From Massilia sp. (GTDB lineage Bacteria > Pseudomonadota > Gammaproteobacteria > Burkholderiales > Burkholderiaceae_D): 45,326 nucleotides of DNA. The DNA lies in NCBI GenBank assembly GCA_028292765.1, contig JAQGLR010000348.1, positions 1 to 45,326 on the forward strand, in the 5' to 3' direction. Of the stretch, positions 28,099 to 37,489 are shown piece after piece. Position 1 is the first letter of the stretch, and the number at the start of each line of letters is the position of its first letter. The translations under genes and the position numbers were made by a program. The notes under the pieces were generated by a model that had not been told where the DNA came from, did not search any database, and saw nothing but the letters and a program-made list of their open reading frames with translations.

Positions 28099-29637
28099 AT
28101 GACCGGCATCAGCGGCGAAGAAGGCGGACGTATCTTCTTTAGTAACGTAAGGCGCAGCCTGGAGGAGGAGGACGAGATCCGGCTGGTAAGCGTCGGTGTC
28201 GATATCGGCTCGTCGACGTCGCACCTGGTGTTTTCACGCATCGTGCTGGAGCGGCTCGACAACCGCTACATCGTGTCCGAGCGCGAAGTGCTGCATGAAT
28301 CCGAAGTCCTGCTCACGCCCTACCTTCACGATCACTCGATCGACGCCTCCGCCCTCGGCGCTTTCATCGAACGCCAGTACCAGCTGGCCGGGGTGGATCC
28401 GCAAGGGATCGATACCGGCGCCCTGATCCTGACCGGCGTCGCGGTCCGGCGCAGCAATGCGCGCGCGATTGCCGACCTGTTTGCCGCGCAGGCGGGCAAG
28501 TTCGTGTCGGTCAGCGCCGGCGACGCGCTCGAGACCACGCTTGCCGCCTTCGGCTCGGGCGCCGCGGCGCGCTCGATCCGCGAGAATGCCCGCGTGATGA
28601 ACATCGACATCGGCGGCGGCACTTCCAAGATCGGGATCTGCGAAAGTGGTGAACTGGCGGGCATGACGGCGGTCGATGTCGGCGCGCGTATCGTGTCGTT
28701 CGACCCCGAAGGCCGCGTGCGGCGGATCGAGGAGGCGGGCCATCGCTTCGCCAGCGAGGTCGGGCTGCGGCTGGAGCCGGGCGTCAAGCCCGATCCCGCG
28801 TTACTGGGACAGATGGTTGCGCGCATGGCGGACCGGCTGTTCGACATCGTGCGCAATGGCGAGCTGAGTAGCGAAACCTCGTCGCTGCTGAGGATCGACC
28901 CGCTGCCGCCCGGCCGCGCGCCCGATGTGGTCACCTTCTCGGGCGGCGTGTCTGAATATATCTATGGCCTGCAGCCCCAGGCCTACGGCGACCTCGGTCC
29001 CCAACTGGCCCGGGAAATCCTGGAGCGGGTAAGGGCCTGGGGCCCGCGCATCGAAAAACCCGACCAGGGGATCCGCGCGACGGTGGTCGGTGCGTCGCAG
29101 TACACAATACAGGTAAGCGGCGCTACCATCTATGTCGAGCCACATGACGTGCTGCCACTGAAGAACACCCAGGTGATCGTGCCGGGCTTGCCGCTCGCCG
29201 GCGACATCCTCGACAGCGCAGCCATCGCGGCCGGGGTGCGGACCGCGCTGCGCCGCTTCGACCTGCAGCACGGCGAGCGCGCCGTCGCCCTGTGCTACCG
29301 CTGGCAGGAGTCCGCGACCTTCGCGCGCATGGATGCGTTCTGCCGCGGCGTGGTCGGCGGCATGGCGGCGCTGCTCGAGCGCGGCCTCCCACTGGTGCTG
29401 ATCGGCGAGGGCGATATCGGCGGCCTGATCGGCATGCACTGCAAGCAGGAGCTCGGGCTCCCCAACCCGATCGTGTCGATCGACGGCATCACGCTCAAGG
29501 AGTTCGATTTCGTCGACATCGGCGCGTTGCTCGATACCTCGGGCGCGGTGCCGGTGGTGATCAAGTCGCTGGTGTTTCCCGCGACCGCCGCCCTGGGGCG
29601 GCCGGCAGGGCAGGCCACGGAGCCCGTCGCTGCATGA
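28099..29637 (+). CDS. eutA: EutA-like ASKHA ATPase, copy 2
   Basis: VGVDIGSSTS, GALILTG, SAGDALE..LAAFGSGA, DIGGGTSK, FSGGVSE, IRATVVGASQ and VVIKSLVF. Family-level call only. Confidence 0.85.
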   Translation: MTGISGEEGGRIFFSNVRRSLEEEDEIRLVSVGVDIGSSTSHLVFSRIVLERLDNRYIVSEREVLHESEVLLTPYLHDHSIDASALGAFIERQYQLAGVDPQGIDTGALILTGVAVRRSNARAIADLFAAQAGKFVSVSAGDALETTLAAFGSGAAARSIRENARVMNIDIGGGTSKIGICESGELAGMTAVDVGARIVSFDPEGRVRRIEEAGHRFASEVGLRLEPGVKPDPALLGQMVARMADRLFDIVRNGELSSETSSLLRIDPLPPGRAPDVVTFSGGVSEYIYGLQPQAYGDLGPQLAREILERVRAWGPRIEKPDQGIRATVVGASQYTIQVSGATIYVEPHDVLPLKNTQVIVPGLPLAGDILDSAAIAAGVRTALRRFDLQHGERAVALCYRWQESATFARMDAFCRGVVGGMAALLERGLPLVLIGEGDIGGLIGMHCKQELGLPNPIVSIDGITLKEFDFVDIGALLDTSGAVPVVIKSLVFPATAALGRPAGQATEPVAA

Positions 29638-30605
29638 TCCTCGCGGCCGACCAGGGGCGTGCCTGCGCGGACGGCCGCTATCCGCCGCTCGAACCGTACG
29701 CCAGCGGCCTGCTCGACGTCGGCGACGGTCACCAGGTGTACTGGGAGGCCTGCGGCAACCCTGCCGGCAAGCCGGCGCTGTTCCTGCACGGCGGGCCCGG
29801 CGGCGGATGCACGCCCGGCAGCCGGCGCTTCTTCGATCCGGCGCGCTACCGCATCGTGCTGTTCGACCAGCGCGGCTGCGGACGTTCGCAGCCGCATGCC
29901 AGGCTGCGCGCCAACACCACGGTCCACCTGATGGACGACATCGAGCACCTGCGCGAGCACCTGGACATCGACCAATGGCTGTTGTTCGGCGGTTCGTGGG
30001 GAGCGACGCTGGCGCTCGCCTATGCCCAGGCGCATCCGCGCCGGGTCAGCGCGCTGGTGCTGCGCGGCGTATTCACGGCGCGCAGGCGCGAACTGCGCTG
30101 GCTGTACCAGGATGGAGCATCCCATCTTTTTCCGGAAGCGTGGCACAGCTTCATCGCACTGGTTCCTGCGCACGAACGAGGGGGCATGGTCGAAGCCTAC
30201 CACCGGCGCCTGAGCTGCGGCGATGCCGCGCTGGAGGCGCGCGCCGCGCATGCCTGGTGCGCCTGGGAGGAGGCGCTGTCGACGCTTTTGCCGGACGCCG
30301 GCGGCCCCTGGCCCGACCCGGCCGCCGATCTGGCGCTGGCGCGCATCGAGACCCATTACTTCCGGCATGGGGCATTCATGGAGGAGGGCCAGCTGATCGC
30401 CAACGCCCACCGGCTGCGCGGCATCCCGGGCGTGATCGTCCAGGGGCGCCACGATACCGTCACCCCGGCGGCGACCGCCTGGGAGCTGCAGCGGCACTGG
30501 CCCGAGGCGCGGCTGCAGATGGTGCCGGGCGCCGGCCATGCATCGGGAGAAGCGGGTATCGCCAGCCGTCTCGTCATGGCAACTGACGGGTTCGCTGGTA
30601 GCTGA
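29634..30605 (+). CDS. pip: prolyl aminopeptidase (proline iminopeptidase, S33 alpha/beta hydrolase)
   Basis: YPPLEPY..G.L.VGDGH..YWE..GNP.G, HGGPGGG, FDQRGCGRS.PHA, GGSWG, GRHD and GAGH. ATGA overlap with the eutA2 stop. Confidence 0.9.
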   Translation: MILAADQGRACADGRYPPLEPYASGLLDVGDGHQVYWEACGNPAGKPALFLHGGPGGGCTPGSRRFFDPARYRIVLFDQRGCGRSQPHARLRANTTVHLMDDIEHLREHLDIDQWLLFGGSWGATLALAYAQAHPRRVSALVLRGVFTARRRELRWLYQDGASHLFPEAWHSFIALVPAHERGGMVEAYHRRLSCGDAALEARAAHAWCAWEEALSTLLPDAGGPWPDPAADLALARIETHYFRHGAFMEEGQLIANAHRLRGIPGVIVQGRHDTVTPAATAWELQRHWPEARLQMVPGAGHASGEAGIASRLVMATDGFAGS

Positions 30606-30625
30606 GTGGAAGAATATTTAGTAGT

Positions 30626-30642
30626 GTTCCGATCAGCGGAAC
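30626..30642. promoter_or_regulatory. palindromic operator (putative IclR site) 6
   Basis: GTTCCGATCAGCGGAAC, with GT/AC flanks extending the palindrome. Confidence 0.68.
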
Positions 30643-30656
30643 ACCGTTTCATTTTA

Positions 30657-30685
30657 TTGCAATGAATTGAAAATAGCCCTACAAT
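30657..30685 (+). promoter_or_regulatory. sigma70-type promoter for SBP2-NiCoT
   Basis: TTGCAA(30657-30662)-N17-TACAAT(30680-30685) in an AT-rich intergenic region. Confidence 0.55.
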
Positions 30686-30795
30686 AAATCGCAAGAAAAT
30701 ACCGCAGGACAGTTTATACAGCGGATAAAAAGATGCGCCGGCGGACACCTTACTTCGTACGGCATCGCAGGACAAGAACAGAAACCGGAGGAGAC

Positions 30796-31869
30796 ATGAA
30801 GAGCATTAACCGAAAGCGCGCGTTTTGCCTGAGCGCAGGGGTGGCTGTCATCTCGGCTGCCATGATGTGGACCGGGCCGGCCTCGGCACAGGCCCCGGCC
30901 GCCGCCGACCCGCACGCTGCGGTGTACATGTACCGCGGCGTCGATCGCGACAAGCGCATCCTCGCCAACGCCCGCAAGGAAGGCTCGGTGGTCGTGTATA
31001 CCTCGCTGGCCAGCAAGGAGTCGATGCCGCTGGCGAAAGCGTTCGAGGAAAAATACGGGATCAAGGTGGTTCTGTGGCGCGCGACCAGCGACAAAGTGGT
31101 GCAGCGTGCCGTCACCGAGGGCCGAGCGCGCCGTTACGCGGTCGATGTGATCGAGACCAACGGCCCCGAAGTGGAAATGCTGGCCCGTGAGAAGCTGTTG
31201 TCGGAGTTCCACAGCCCTCATTTCGCCGACCTGCCTCCGTCGGCCTTCCCGGCGCACCGCCTGTGGGTGGCCGACCGCCTGAATTTCTTTGTGGTCGCCT
31301 TTAATACCAACAAGATCAAGCGCGCCGACCTGCCGAATGCCTACGACGGCTTCCTCGACCCGAAGTGGAAGGGTCAGATCGGCCTGGAAGCTACCGACTC
31401 CGAATGGATGGGGGCCATCGTCAAGCACTGGGGTGAGCGCGGCACGAAATTCTTCGACCAGCTGGCGGCGATGCGGCCCGACGTACGCAAGAGCCATATC
31501 CTGCTGGCTGAAATGGTCGGTGCCGGCGAAGTCCCGGTCGCGCTGACGGTCTACAACTCCGAAGTGGAGTCGCTCAAGTTGCGCGGCGGTCCGGTGGACT
31601 GGAAGCCGGTCGAGCCGGTCATAGGCCGCCCGCAGGGCATCGCCGTCACCAAAAACGCACCGCATCCGCACGCGGCACTGCTGTTCGCCGACTACGTGCT
31701 GTCGCCCGAAGGCCAGCAGCTGCTGCATTCGATGGGGCGGATCCCGGTCAGCCGCAAGGTGAAAACCGAGCTGAACAACTTCCCGTTCACCATGATCAGC
31801 CCGTCCGTCTCGCTCGATGAGCGCGAGAAGTGGGAAACGATCTGGGACAACTACTTTATCAAGCGCTAA
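30796..31869 (+). CDS. ABC transporter substrate-binding protein 2
   Basis: Signal peptide, ARKEGSVVVYTS, DVIETNGPE, LDPKWKG and APHPHAALLF. GGAGGAG RBS before ATG 30796. Confidence 0.88.
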   Translation: MKSINRKRAFCLSAGVAVISAAMMWTGPASAQAPAAADPHAAVYMYRGVDRDKRILANARKEGSVVVYTSLASKESMPLAKAFEEKYGIKVVLWRATSDKVVQRAVTEGRARRYAVDVIETNGPEVEMLAREKLLSEFHSPHFADLPPSAFPAHRLWVADRLNFFVVAFNTNKIKRADLPNAYDGFLDPKWKGQIGLEATDSEWMGAIVKHWGERGTKFFDQLAAMRPDVRKSHILLAEMVGAGEVPVALTVYNSEVESLKLRGGPVDWKPVEPVIGRPQGIAVTKNAPHPHAALLFADYVLSPEGQQLLHSMGRIPVSRKVKTELNNFPFTMISPSVSLDEREKWETIWDNYFIKR

Positions 31870-31930
31870 GGCCGGACGGCGCGCTGCGCTACCTGAAGAA
31901 GTGAACTTCAAACGACGGGATTGGTAAATT

Positions 31931-32740
31931 ATGGAAACGATGCCACACGACTGGCTTGGCCTGGTGCTGATTGTATTCTTCCTCGGGCTCAAGCATGGGA
32001 TGGACCCCGATCATATCGCGACGATCGATGGGCTGACCCGTTTCAATGCCTTGCGCCGGCCCAAGGTGTCGCGCTGGTCCGGCTTTTTGTTCTCGCTCGG
32101 CCATGGCCTGGTCGTGACCCTGGTGGCAGGCGTGGTCGCACTCACCGCCACCCAGTGGACCGCACCGGCCTGGCTGGAAGACCTGGGCGCATGGATCTCG
32201 ATCAGCTTCCTGCTGGCTCTTGGCTTCGTGAACCTGCGTGAAGTGCTGCGCTCGGCGCCAGACCAGGTGGTGCAGCCGGTCGGCCTGAAGAGCCGCTTCG
32301 TGCGGCGCGCCTCGGAAACCAGCCACCCGGTGGTGATCGCCTCGATCGGCGCGGCGTTCGCGCTGTCGTTCGACACCGTCAGCCAGGCCGCGCTGTTTTC
32401 GCTGACGGCGTCCAGCCTGGCCGGCTGGATGTTCTCGATGGGCCTGGGCATCCTGTTTATGATCGGAATGATGATCACCGACGGCGTGAATGGCCTGTGG
32501 GTGGCGCGCCTGCTGCGCAAGAGCGACCAGCGCGCCGTGATCGCGTCGCGGGTGATGGGCCTGTCGATCGGCTTCCTCAGCATCGCCATTGCTGCCCTCG
32601 GGATCGGCAAGTATTTCTCGCCGGCGTTTGCGGACATGCTGGCCGACACCAGCCTGTTGTTGGGGATCGGCGTGCTGGCGATCATGCTGTGCAGTTTTGG
32701 CCTTGCGCTGCGCCTTTCGCGGCCGATGCCGGCGGTTTAG
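31931..32740 (+). CDS. NiCoT (HoxN/HupN/NixA family) nickel/cobalt permease
   Basis: Signature GLKHGMDPDHIATID (R/K-H-x-x-D-x-D-H), FSLGHG and FALSFDT, plus multiple TM segments. Confidence 0.88.
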   Translation: METMPHDWLGLVLIVFFLGLKHGMDPDHIATIDGLTRFNALRRPKVSRWSGFLFSLGHGLVVTLVAGVVALTATQWTAPAWLEDLGAWISISFLLALGFVNLREVLRSAPDQVVQPVGLKSRFVRRASETSHPVVIASIGAAFALSFDTVSQAALFSLTASSLAGWMFSMGLGILFMIGMMITDGVNGLWVARLLRKSDQRAVIASRVMGLSIGFLSIAIAALGIGKYFSPAFADMLADTSLLLGIGVLAIMLCSFGLALRLSRPMPAV

Positions 32741-32823
32741 TCTCATTGGGCCGATTCTTTGATATGCTTCCGGCTCTCTTAACCGCCGTGTCGAAAGACA
32801 CCGCCCCATCGAAAGGAAACAAG

Positions 32824-33684
32824 ATGCGCAAATCGCGCACGTCGGAACACGCCGTTCAGGCCGCTGAATCAGCCGTTCCGGCCGAGGACGACGATCGAAA
32901 AACTCGCCTGTCCTCGGTTGCCAATGCAATTCGCCTGATCAAGACGTTCTCGGATAGCGAGTACGAGATCGGCATTAGCGAACTGAGCAAGCGTCTGCGC
33001 CTGCCAAAAAGCTCGGTGCATCGCCTGGCCAGTACCCTTGCCGACAGCGGCATGCTTGAACAGAACGAGGAAACCGGTAAGTACAGGCTAGGCCTGCTGA
33101 TGTTCGAACTCGGTTCGCTGGTGCGCCGCAAGATGGACTTCTCGAGTACGGCGAAGCCGGAACTGATGACCTTGCGCGAAAAAACCGGCGAAACGGTCCA
33201 CATGACGGTATTGGGGGCTACCAGCGTCATTTACATCAATACGCTGGAAAGCACCAAGTCGATCCGCATGACGCTTGACGTCGGGATGCGCAAGCCGGCC
33301 TACTGCACCGCCGAGGGCAAGGTCCTGCTGGCGTTCAAGTCGCCTGAAGTTGCCGAGGCAATCATCTCGTTCGGCCTGCCGGAGCGTACGCCGAAGACCA
33401 TCACCGATCCGGCGACCTTCCAGAAGGAACTGGCCACGGTGCGCAGCCGCGGCTATGCGATCGACGACGAAGAGTGTGAAGTCGGGCTGCGCTGCCTCGC
33501 GGCGCCGGTGCGCGACCACTACGGCAATGTGATTGCCGCCATCAGCGTCGCCGGGCCGTCGCAGCGGATGACCAAGAAGATCCTGGAAAGCTATGCGGCC
33601 GAAGTAGTTGAGAGTGCAGATGTGATTTCGAAGCGCCTTGGGTACCAGCCGATGTCGCATCGCCGGATAGGCGGGCGGCTGTAA
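32824..33684 (+). CDS. IclR family transcriptional regulator
   Basis: SSVANAIRLI...GISELSKRL.LPKSSVHRL..TL, TGETVH, CTAEGKVLLA, GYAIDDEE..G.RC.AAPV and AISVAGP. An alternative start at 32764 is possible. Confidence 0.92.
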   Translation: MRKSRTSEHAVQAAESAVPAEDDDRKTRLSSVANAIRLIKTFSDSEYEIGISELSKRLRLPKSSVHRLASTLADSGMLEQNEETGKYRLGLLMFELGSLVRRKMDFSSTAKPELMTLREKTGETVHMTVLGATSVIYINTLESTKSIRMTLDVGMRKPAYCTAEGKVLLAFKSPEVAEAIISFGLPERTPKTITDPATFQKELATVRSRGYAIDDEECEVGLRCLAAPVRDHYGNVIAAISVAGPSQRMTKKILESYAAEVVESADVISKRLGYQPMSHRRIGGRL

Positions 33685-33760
33685 GAAGCGGAGAGCTTGT
33701 ACGGACATGCGGATGGCGCCCGCGGGTCCGGTCCGCTTAACGAGGAAAATCAGGTTCGAC

Positions 33761-34771
33761 ATGTACAAGATAAATATCGCCGGAACGGGACTCGCGTTCG
33801 ATTGCGCCCCGGGAGACACCATTGCACGCGCCGCCATCCGTGCCGGTATCGGCCTGCCGTATGAATGTAACGTCGGGAGCTGCGGCACCTGCAAGGTCGA
33901 GCTGGTGAGCGGCGAGGTCGAATCGAACTGGCCCGCGGCTCCCGGCCTGAACGAGCGCGACCGTGCCCGCGGCCGTGTCCTCGGCTGCCAGTCGCGCCCG
34001 GGCAGCGATTGCACCGTCAAGGCGCGCGTGGGCGACCAGTACCTGACCGGCTGCGCGCCGCGCCGCTTCGAGGCAAGGCTGGCCGGCCAGCGCGACCTGA
34101 CCCACGATATCCGCGAATTCCGCTTTGCCCTGGCCGAGCCGGTCGATTTCCTGCCGGGGCAGTATGCGCTGCTGCAGCTGCCGGGCGTGGAAGGGCTGCG
34201 CGCCTATTCCATGTCCAACATCGCCCGGGACGGCGCCACCTGGCATTTCCAGGTCCGCCGCGTCCCGGGCGGCAAGGGCGGCGCAGCCCTGTTCGACCAT
34301 CTCAGGGTCGGCGATACCGTGGCGATCGACGGGCCGTACGGCCTGGCCTACCTGCGCACCGGCAGCGAGCGCGACATCGTCTGCATCGCCGGCGGCTCGG
34401 GCCTGGCGCCGATGATGTCGATTGCGCGCGGCATGGCCGCTCATCCGGCGATGGCAGCGCGCAGGCTGCACTTCTTCTACGGCGGGCGCACCGCGCGCGA
34501 TATCTGCGGCAGCGACATGCTGGCCGAGCTGCCGGGCTATGGCGACCGAATTACCTGGCACCCGGTCATCTCGATGCCGGAAGCGGACGGCCACCAGTGG
34601 ACCGGGCCGACCGGCTTCGTGCACGAACTGGCCAGCGCCACGCTGGGCGCGGCGCTGCGCGAACATGAAATATATTTCGCCGGGCCGCCGGCGATGGCAC
34701 AGGCGGTGCAGCGCATGCTGTTCGATGCCGGCGTGCCGGCGGCGCAGGTGCATTACGACGCATTCTATTGA
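33761..34771 (+). CDS. 2Fe-2S ferredoxin-NAD(P)H reductase (oxygenase reductase, DmpP/TmoF-like)
   Basis: CNVGSCGTC...LGC plant-type cluster, RAYS, GPYG, IAGGSGLAP, YFAGPPAM and C-terminal DAFY. Confidence 0.9.
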   Translation: MYKINIAGTGLAFDCAPGDTIARAAIRAGIGLPYECNVGSCGTCKVELVSGEVESNWPAAPGLNERDRARGRVLGCQSRPGSDCTVKARVGDQYLTGCAPRRFEARLAGQRDLTHDIREFRFALAEPVDFLPGQYALLQLPGVEGLRAYSMSNIARDGATWHFQVRRVPGGKGGAALFDHLRVGDTVAIDGPYGLAYLRTGSERDIVCIAGGSGLAPMMSIARGMAAHPAMAARRLHFFYGGRTARDICGSDMLAELPGYGDRITWHPVISMPEADGHQWTGPTGFVHELASATLGAALREHEIYFAGPPAMAQAVQRMLFDAGVPAAQVHYDAFY

Positions 34772-34836
34772 GTACAGAGGCCCCGGGCGACCGGGAGGCA
34801 GGCGCCACATCCCAACATCAATACCTGGAAAAGCAC

Positions 34837-36591
34837 ATGTCGGACGATAAAGCAGGCGGCCCACGGCCGGGACACCAGATCGCGGACCACCAGTATGGGC
34901 TGGACTACGACCATGTCCATGAGGACGGCGACGACGCCGACCATGACCATGACCATGACGATTTCAGTTCGCTCGGGCCGCTCGAGGACAATCCCATCTG
35001 GCAGCAGGACCACGTATCGCTGGTGAGCGTCGGGATCGACATCGGTTCCTCCGGCACCCAGGTGATCTTCTCGCGCATCAAGCTGCGCCGCATGGGCGAA
35101 GACCTGTCGAGCCGCTACTTCGTGGTGGCGCGCGAAACCCTGTTCCAGTCGCCGGTCGCGCTTACGCCCTACCAGGACAATACGCGCATCGACGAAGCGG
35201 CGCTCGGCGCCATCATCGACCAGGCCTATGCCGACGCCGGCCTGCATCCCGACAATATCGATACGGGGGCGGTCATCCTGACCGGCGAAGCCTTGCGCCG
35301 CGAGAACGCGCAGGCGATCTCCGATGTGCTGGCCGACCAGGGCGGCGAATTCGTCTGCGCCGCCGCGGGCCACCACATGGAGTCGATGCTGGCGGCCTAT
35401 GGCTCCGGCGCGGCGCGCGCCTCGCATGCGCTGGGCAAGCGGCTGCTGAATATCGATATCGGCGGCGGCACCACCAAGCTGGCGCTGGTGGAGGGCGGCA
35501 AGGTGGTCGGCACCGCCGCCATCCACATCGGCGGGCGCCTGCTGGTGGTCGACGATGAGGGGAGGGTCAGGCGACTTGACCCGGCCGGCCAGTACCATGC
35601 CAGCCAGGCTGGTTTCGCGTGGGAGCTGGGCAGCCAGGCGACGGCCGCGCAGATGGAACAGGTGGCCGGCTGGATGGCCGACGCCCTGGTCGCCGCGATT
35701 ACCGGGAAGGGCGTGAGTCCGGAAGTGGACGCGCTGTACCTCACCGATCCACTTCCGGGCCTGGGCGACATCGAAGGCATCATGTTCTCGGGCGGCGTGG
35801 CCGAGTATGTGTATGAACGCGAAGAGCGCCAGTTCGGCGACATGGGCAAGCTGCTGGGCACGGCGCTGCGGCAACGGATCGACGCCGGCGCATTCGGCTG
35901 GCCGTTGCTGCCGGCCGGCGAATGCATTCGCGCCACCGCCCTCGGCGCGTCGGAGTACTCGGTGCAGCTGAGCGGGAATACCACCTATATTTCCAGTCCC
36001 GGCAAGCTGCTCCCGCGCCGCAATCTGCAGGTGCTGCAGCCGGCCTTCGACTGCAAGGCGGAGATCGACAGCGCTGCCCTGGCCGAGACGATCCGGGCCC
36101 ACTTCAAGGCATTCGACCTGGTGGAAGGGGAGAGCGAGGTGGCACTGGCGTTCCGCTGGTCGGGCGCGCCCTCGTACCAGCGCATCGCGGCGTTCGCGAC
36201 CGGCATCGCCGCCGCGCTGCCCGTCACCCTGGAACAGCGCAAGCCGCTGTACCTGATCCTTGACGGCGACCTGGCCCATACCCTCGGCCGCCTGATGCGC
36301 GACGAGATGGAGCTGGCCAGCGAGATCCTGGTGATCGACGGGATCGTGCTGTGGGACTTCGACTATATCGACCTGGGACGCATACGGCTGCCGTCGCAGA
36401 CCGTGCCGGTGACCGTGAAGTCGCTGGTGTTCAGCCAGGATCCCCGCACGCCGGCAGGCAACCCGCGCAATGACCTCAAATACCGTCCCCACGTGCATGG
36501 CCACAGCCACGGGCACGGGCACGGCCATTCACATGGCCACGGACACGGGCATACGCACGGCCACGGGCACAGTCACACGCACGACGAGTAA
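34837..36591 (+). CDS. eutA: EutA-like ASKHA ATPase, copy 3, with Asp/His-rich N-terminus and poly(Hx) C-terminal tail
   Basis: VGIDIGSSGT, GAVILTGEA, AAGHHMES.LAAYGSGA, DIGGGTTK, FSGGVAE and VTVKSLVF. Alternative TTG start at 34768 overlaps the reductase stop. Family-level call only. Confidence 0.85.
   Translation: MSDDKAGGPRPGHQIADHQYGLDYDHVHEDGDDADHDHDHDDFSSLGPLEDNPIWQQDHVSLVSVGIDIGSSGTQVIFSRIKLRRMGEDLSSRYFVVARETLFQSPVALTPYQDNTRIDEAALGAIIDQAYADAGLHPDNIDTGAVILTGEALRRENAQAISDVLADQGGEFVCAAAGHHMESMLAAYGSGAARASHALGKRLLNIDIGGGTTKLALVEGGKVVGTAAIHIGGRLLVVDDEGRVRRLDPAGQYHASQAGFAWELGSQATAAQMEQVAGWMADALVAAITGKGVSPEVDALYLTDPLPGLGDIEGIMFSGGVAEYVYEREERQFGDMGKLLGTALRQRIDAGAFGWPLLPAGECIRATALGASEYSVQLSGNTTYISSPGKLLPRRNLQVLQPAFDCKAEIDSAALAETIRAHFKAFDLVEGESEVALAFRWSGAPSYQRIAAFATGIAAALPVTLEQRKPLYLILDGDLAHTLGRLMRDEMELASEILVIDGIVLWDFDYIDLGRIRLPSQTVPVTVKSLVFSQDPRTPAGNPRNDLKYRPHVHGHSHGHGHGHSHGHGHGHTHGHGHSHTHDE
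36490..36588 (+). repeat. (His-X)16 coding repeat at the eutA3 C-terminus
   Basis: Translates as HVHGHSHGHGHGHSHGHGHGHTHGHGHSHTHDE, with varied codons. Confidence 0.9.
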
Positions 36592-36647
36592 GCACAAGCC
36601 AGGACCGATTAAAGAAAGCCGCAGTGAACGCGGAGGCTGGGGGAACC

Positions 36648-37328
36648 ATGGTGGAGATGCTGGAACAGAAGCAGATGCTGGTGGACGCCATCCTGATGAT
36701 GGAACGGGCGCAGATCATCGATTTCAATGGCCATTTCAGCGTACGCCTTGGCGATGGCCGCCACATGCTGATCAATTCCGGCAGGTCGGTGCGCAGCGCA
36801 CTCACGGTCGGCGACATCGTCACCATCGATTTCGACGGCAACCTCGTGGAAGGCGACGCCGCTCCGCCGATGGAATTCCATATCCACGCCGAGATGTACC
36901 GGCGCCGACCCGACGTCGGCGCGGTGGTGCACACCCATCCGCTTTGGTCCACCCTGCTCGGCATGGTGGGCAAGCCCATACTTCCGGTGATCATGCAGGC
37001 CGCGGTGCTGGGCGAAATACGGGAGTTCCCGAAGACCGCATCGATCAACAACCGCCAGCTGGCCGCGGAGCTGGCCGACGTATTGGGCGACGCCCGCGTC
37101 GCCACGCTCAAGTCGCACGGCGCGGTGGTGGCGGCCGAAGGCATCCTGGAGGCATTCGTGCTCGGGGTGTACCTGGAAGAGACGGCGCAGCGGCAGTACC
37201 TGGCCATGCAGATAGGCACGCCGGCAGTGCTGGCGCCCGAGCAGGTGGAGGCCATCCGGCACAACCTGTGGAAGCCGAACCTGCTGCAGAAAGTGTGGGA
37301 TTACCACAGGGCCAAACTGGTTCATTGA
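36648..37328 (+). CDS. class II aldolase/adducin family protein (possible decarboxylase)
   Basis: GHFSVR, PPMEFHIH.EMYRRRPDV.AVVHTHP and LKSHG metal-binding motifs. Confidence 0.88.
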   Translation: MVEMLEQKQMLVDAILMMERAQIIDFNGHFSVRLGDGRHMLINSGRSVRSALTVGDIVTIDFDGNLVEGDAAPPMEFHIHAEMYRRRPDVGAVVHTHPLWSTLLGMVGKPILPVIMQAAVLGEIREFPKTASINNRQLAAELADVLGDARVATLKSHGAVVAAEGILEAFVLGVYLEETAQRQYLAMQIGTPAVLAPEQVEAIRHNLWKPNLLQKVWDYHRAKLVH

Positions 37329-37434
37329 CCCCGCCGGCGGTCGGAAAACCGGCAGCGCCACGCCTGGCGAAAAAGCGGATGCGCGCGCACGCGAATCCAT
37401 TGACATCCAAACAAACAAATAATTCGGGTTTTTG

Positions 37435-37463
37435 TTGACATAAACAAAGGCTCTCGGTAAATT
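37435..37463 (+). promoter_or_regulatory. sigma70-type promoter for the ABC operon
   Basis: TTGACA(37435-37440)-N17-TAAATT(37458-37463). Confidence 0.6.
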
Positions 37464-37489
37464 CGGTTTGTGCTTCTATGTGAACCGGT

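Noticed and set aside
32832-32848. Autoregulatory operator at the iclR 5' end (ATCGCGCACGTCGGAAC)
   Set aside because: Only the right half-site matches, and it lies in coding sequence.
20543-36591. Calling the locus an ethanolamine utilisation (eut) operon
   Set aside because: No eutB/eutC, eutH/eat, eutT or shell genes in the window, and the neighbours are aromatic-catabolism and metal-handling genes.
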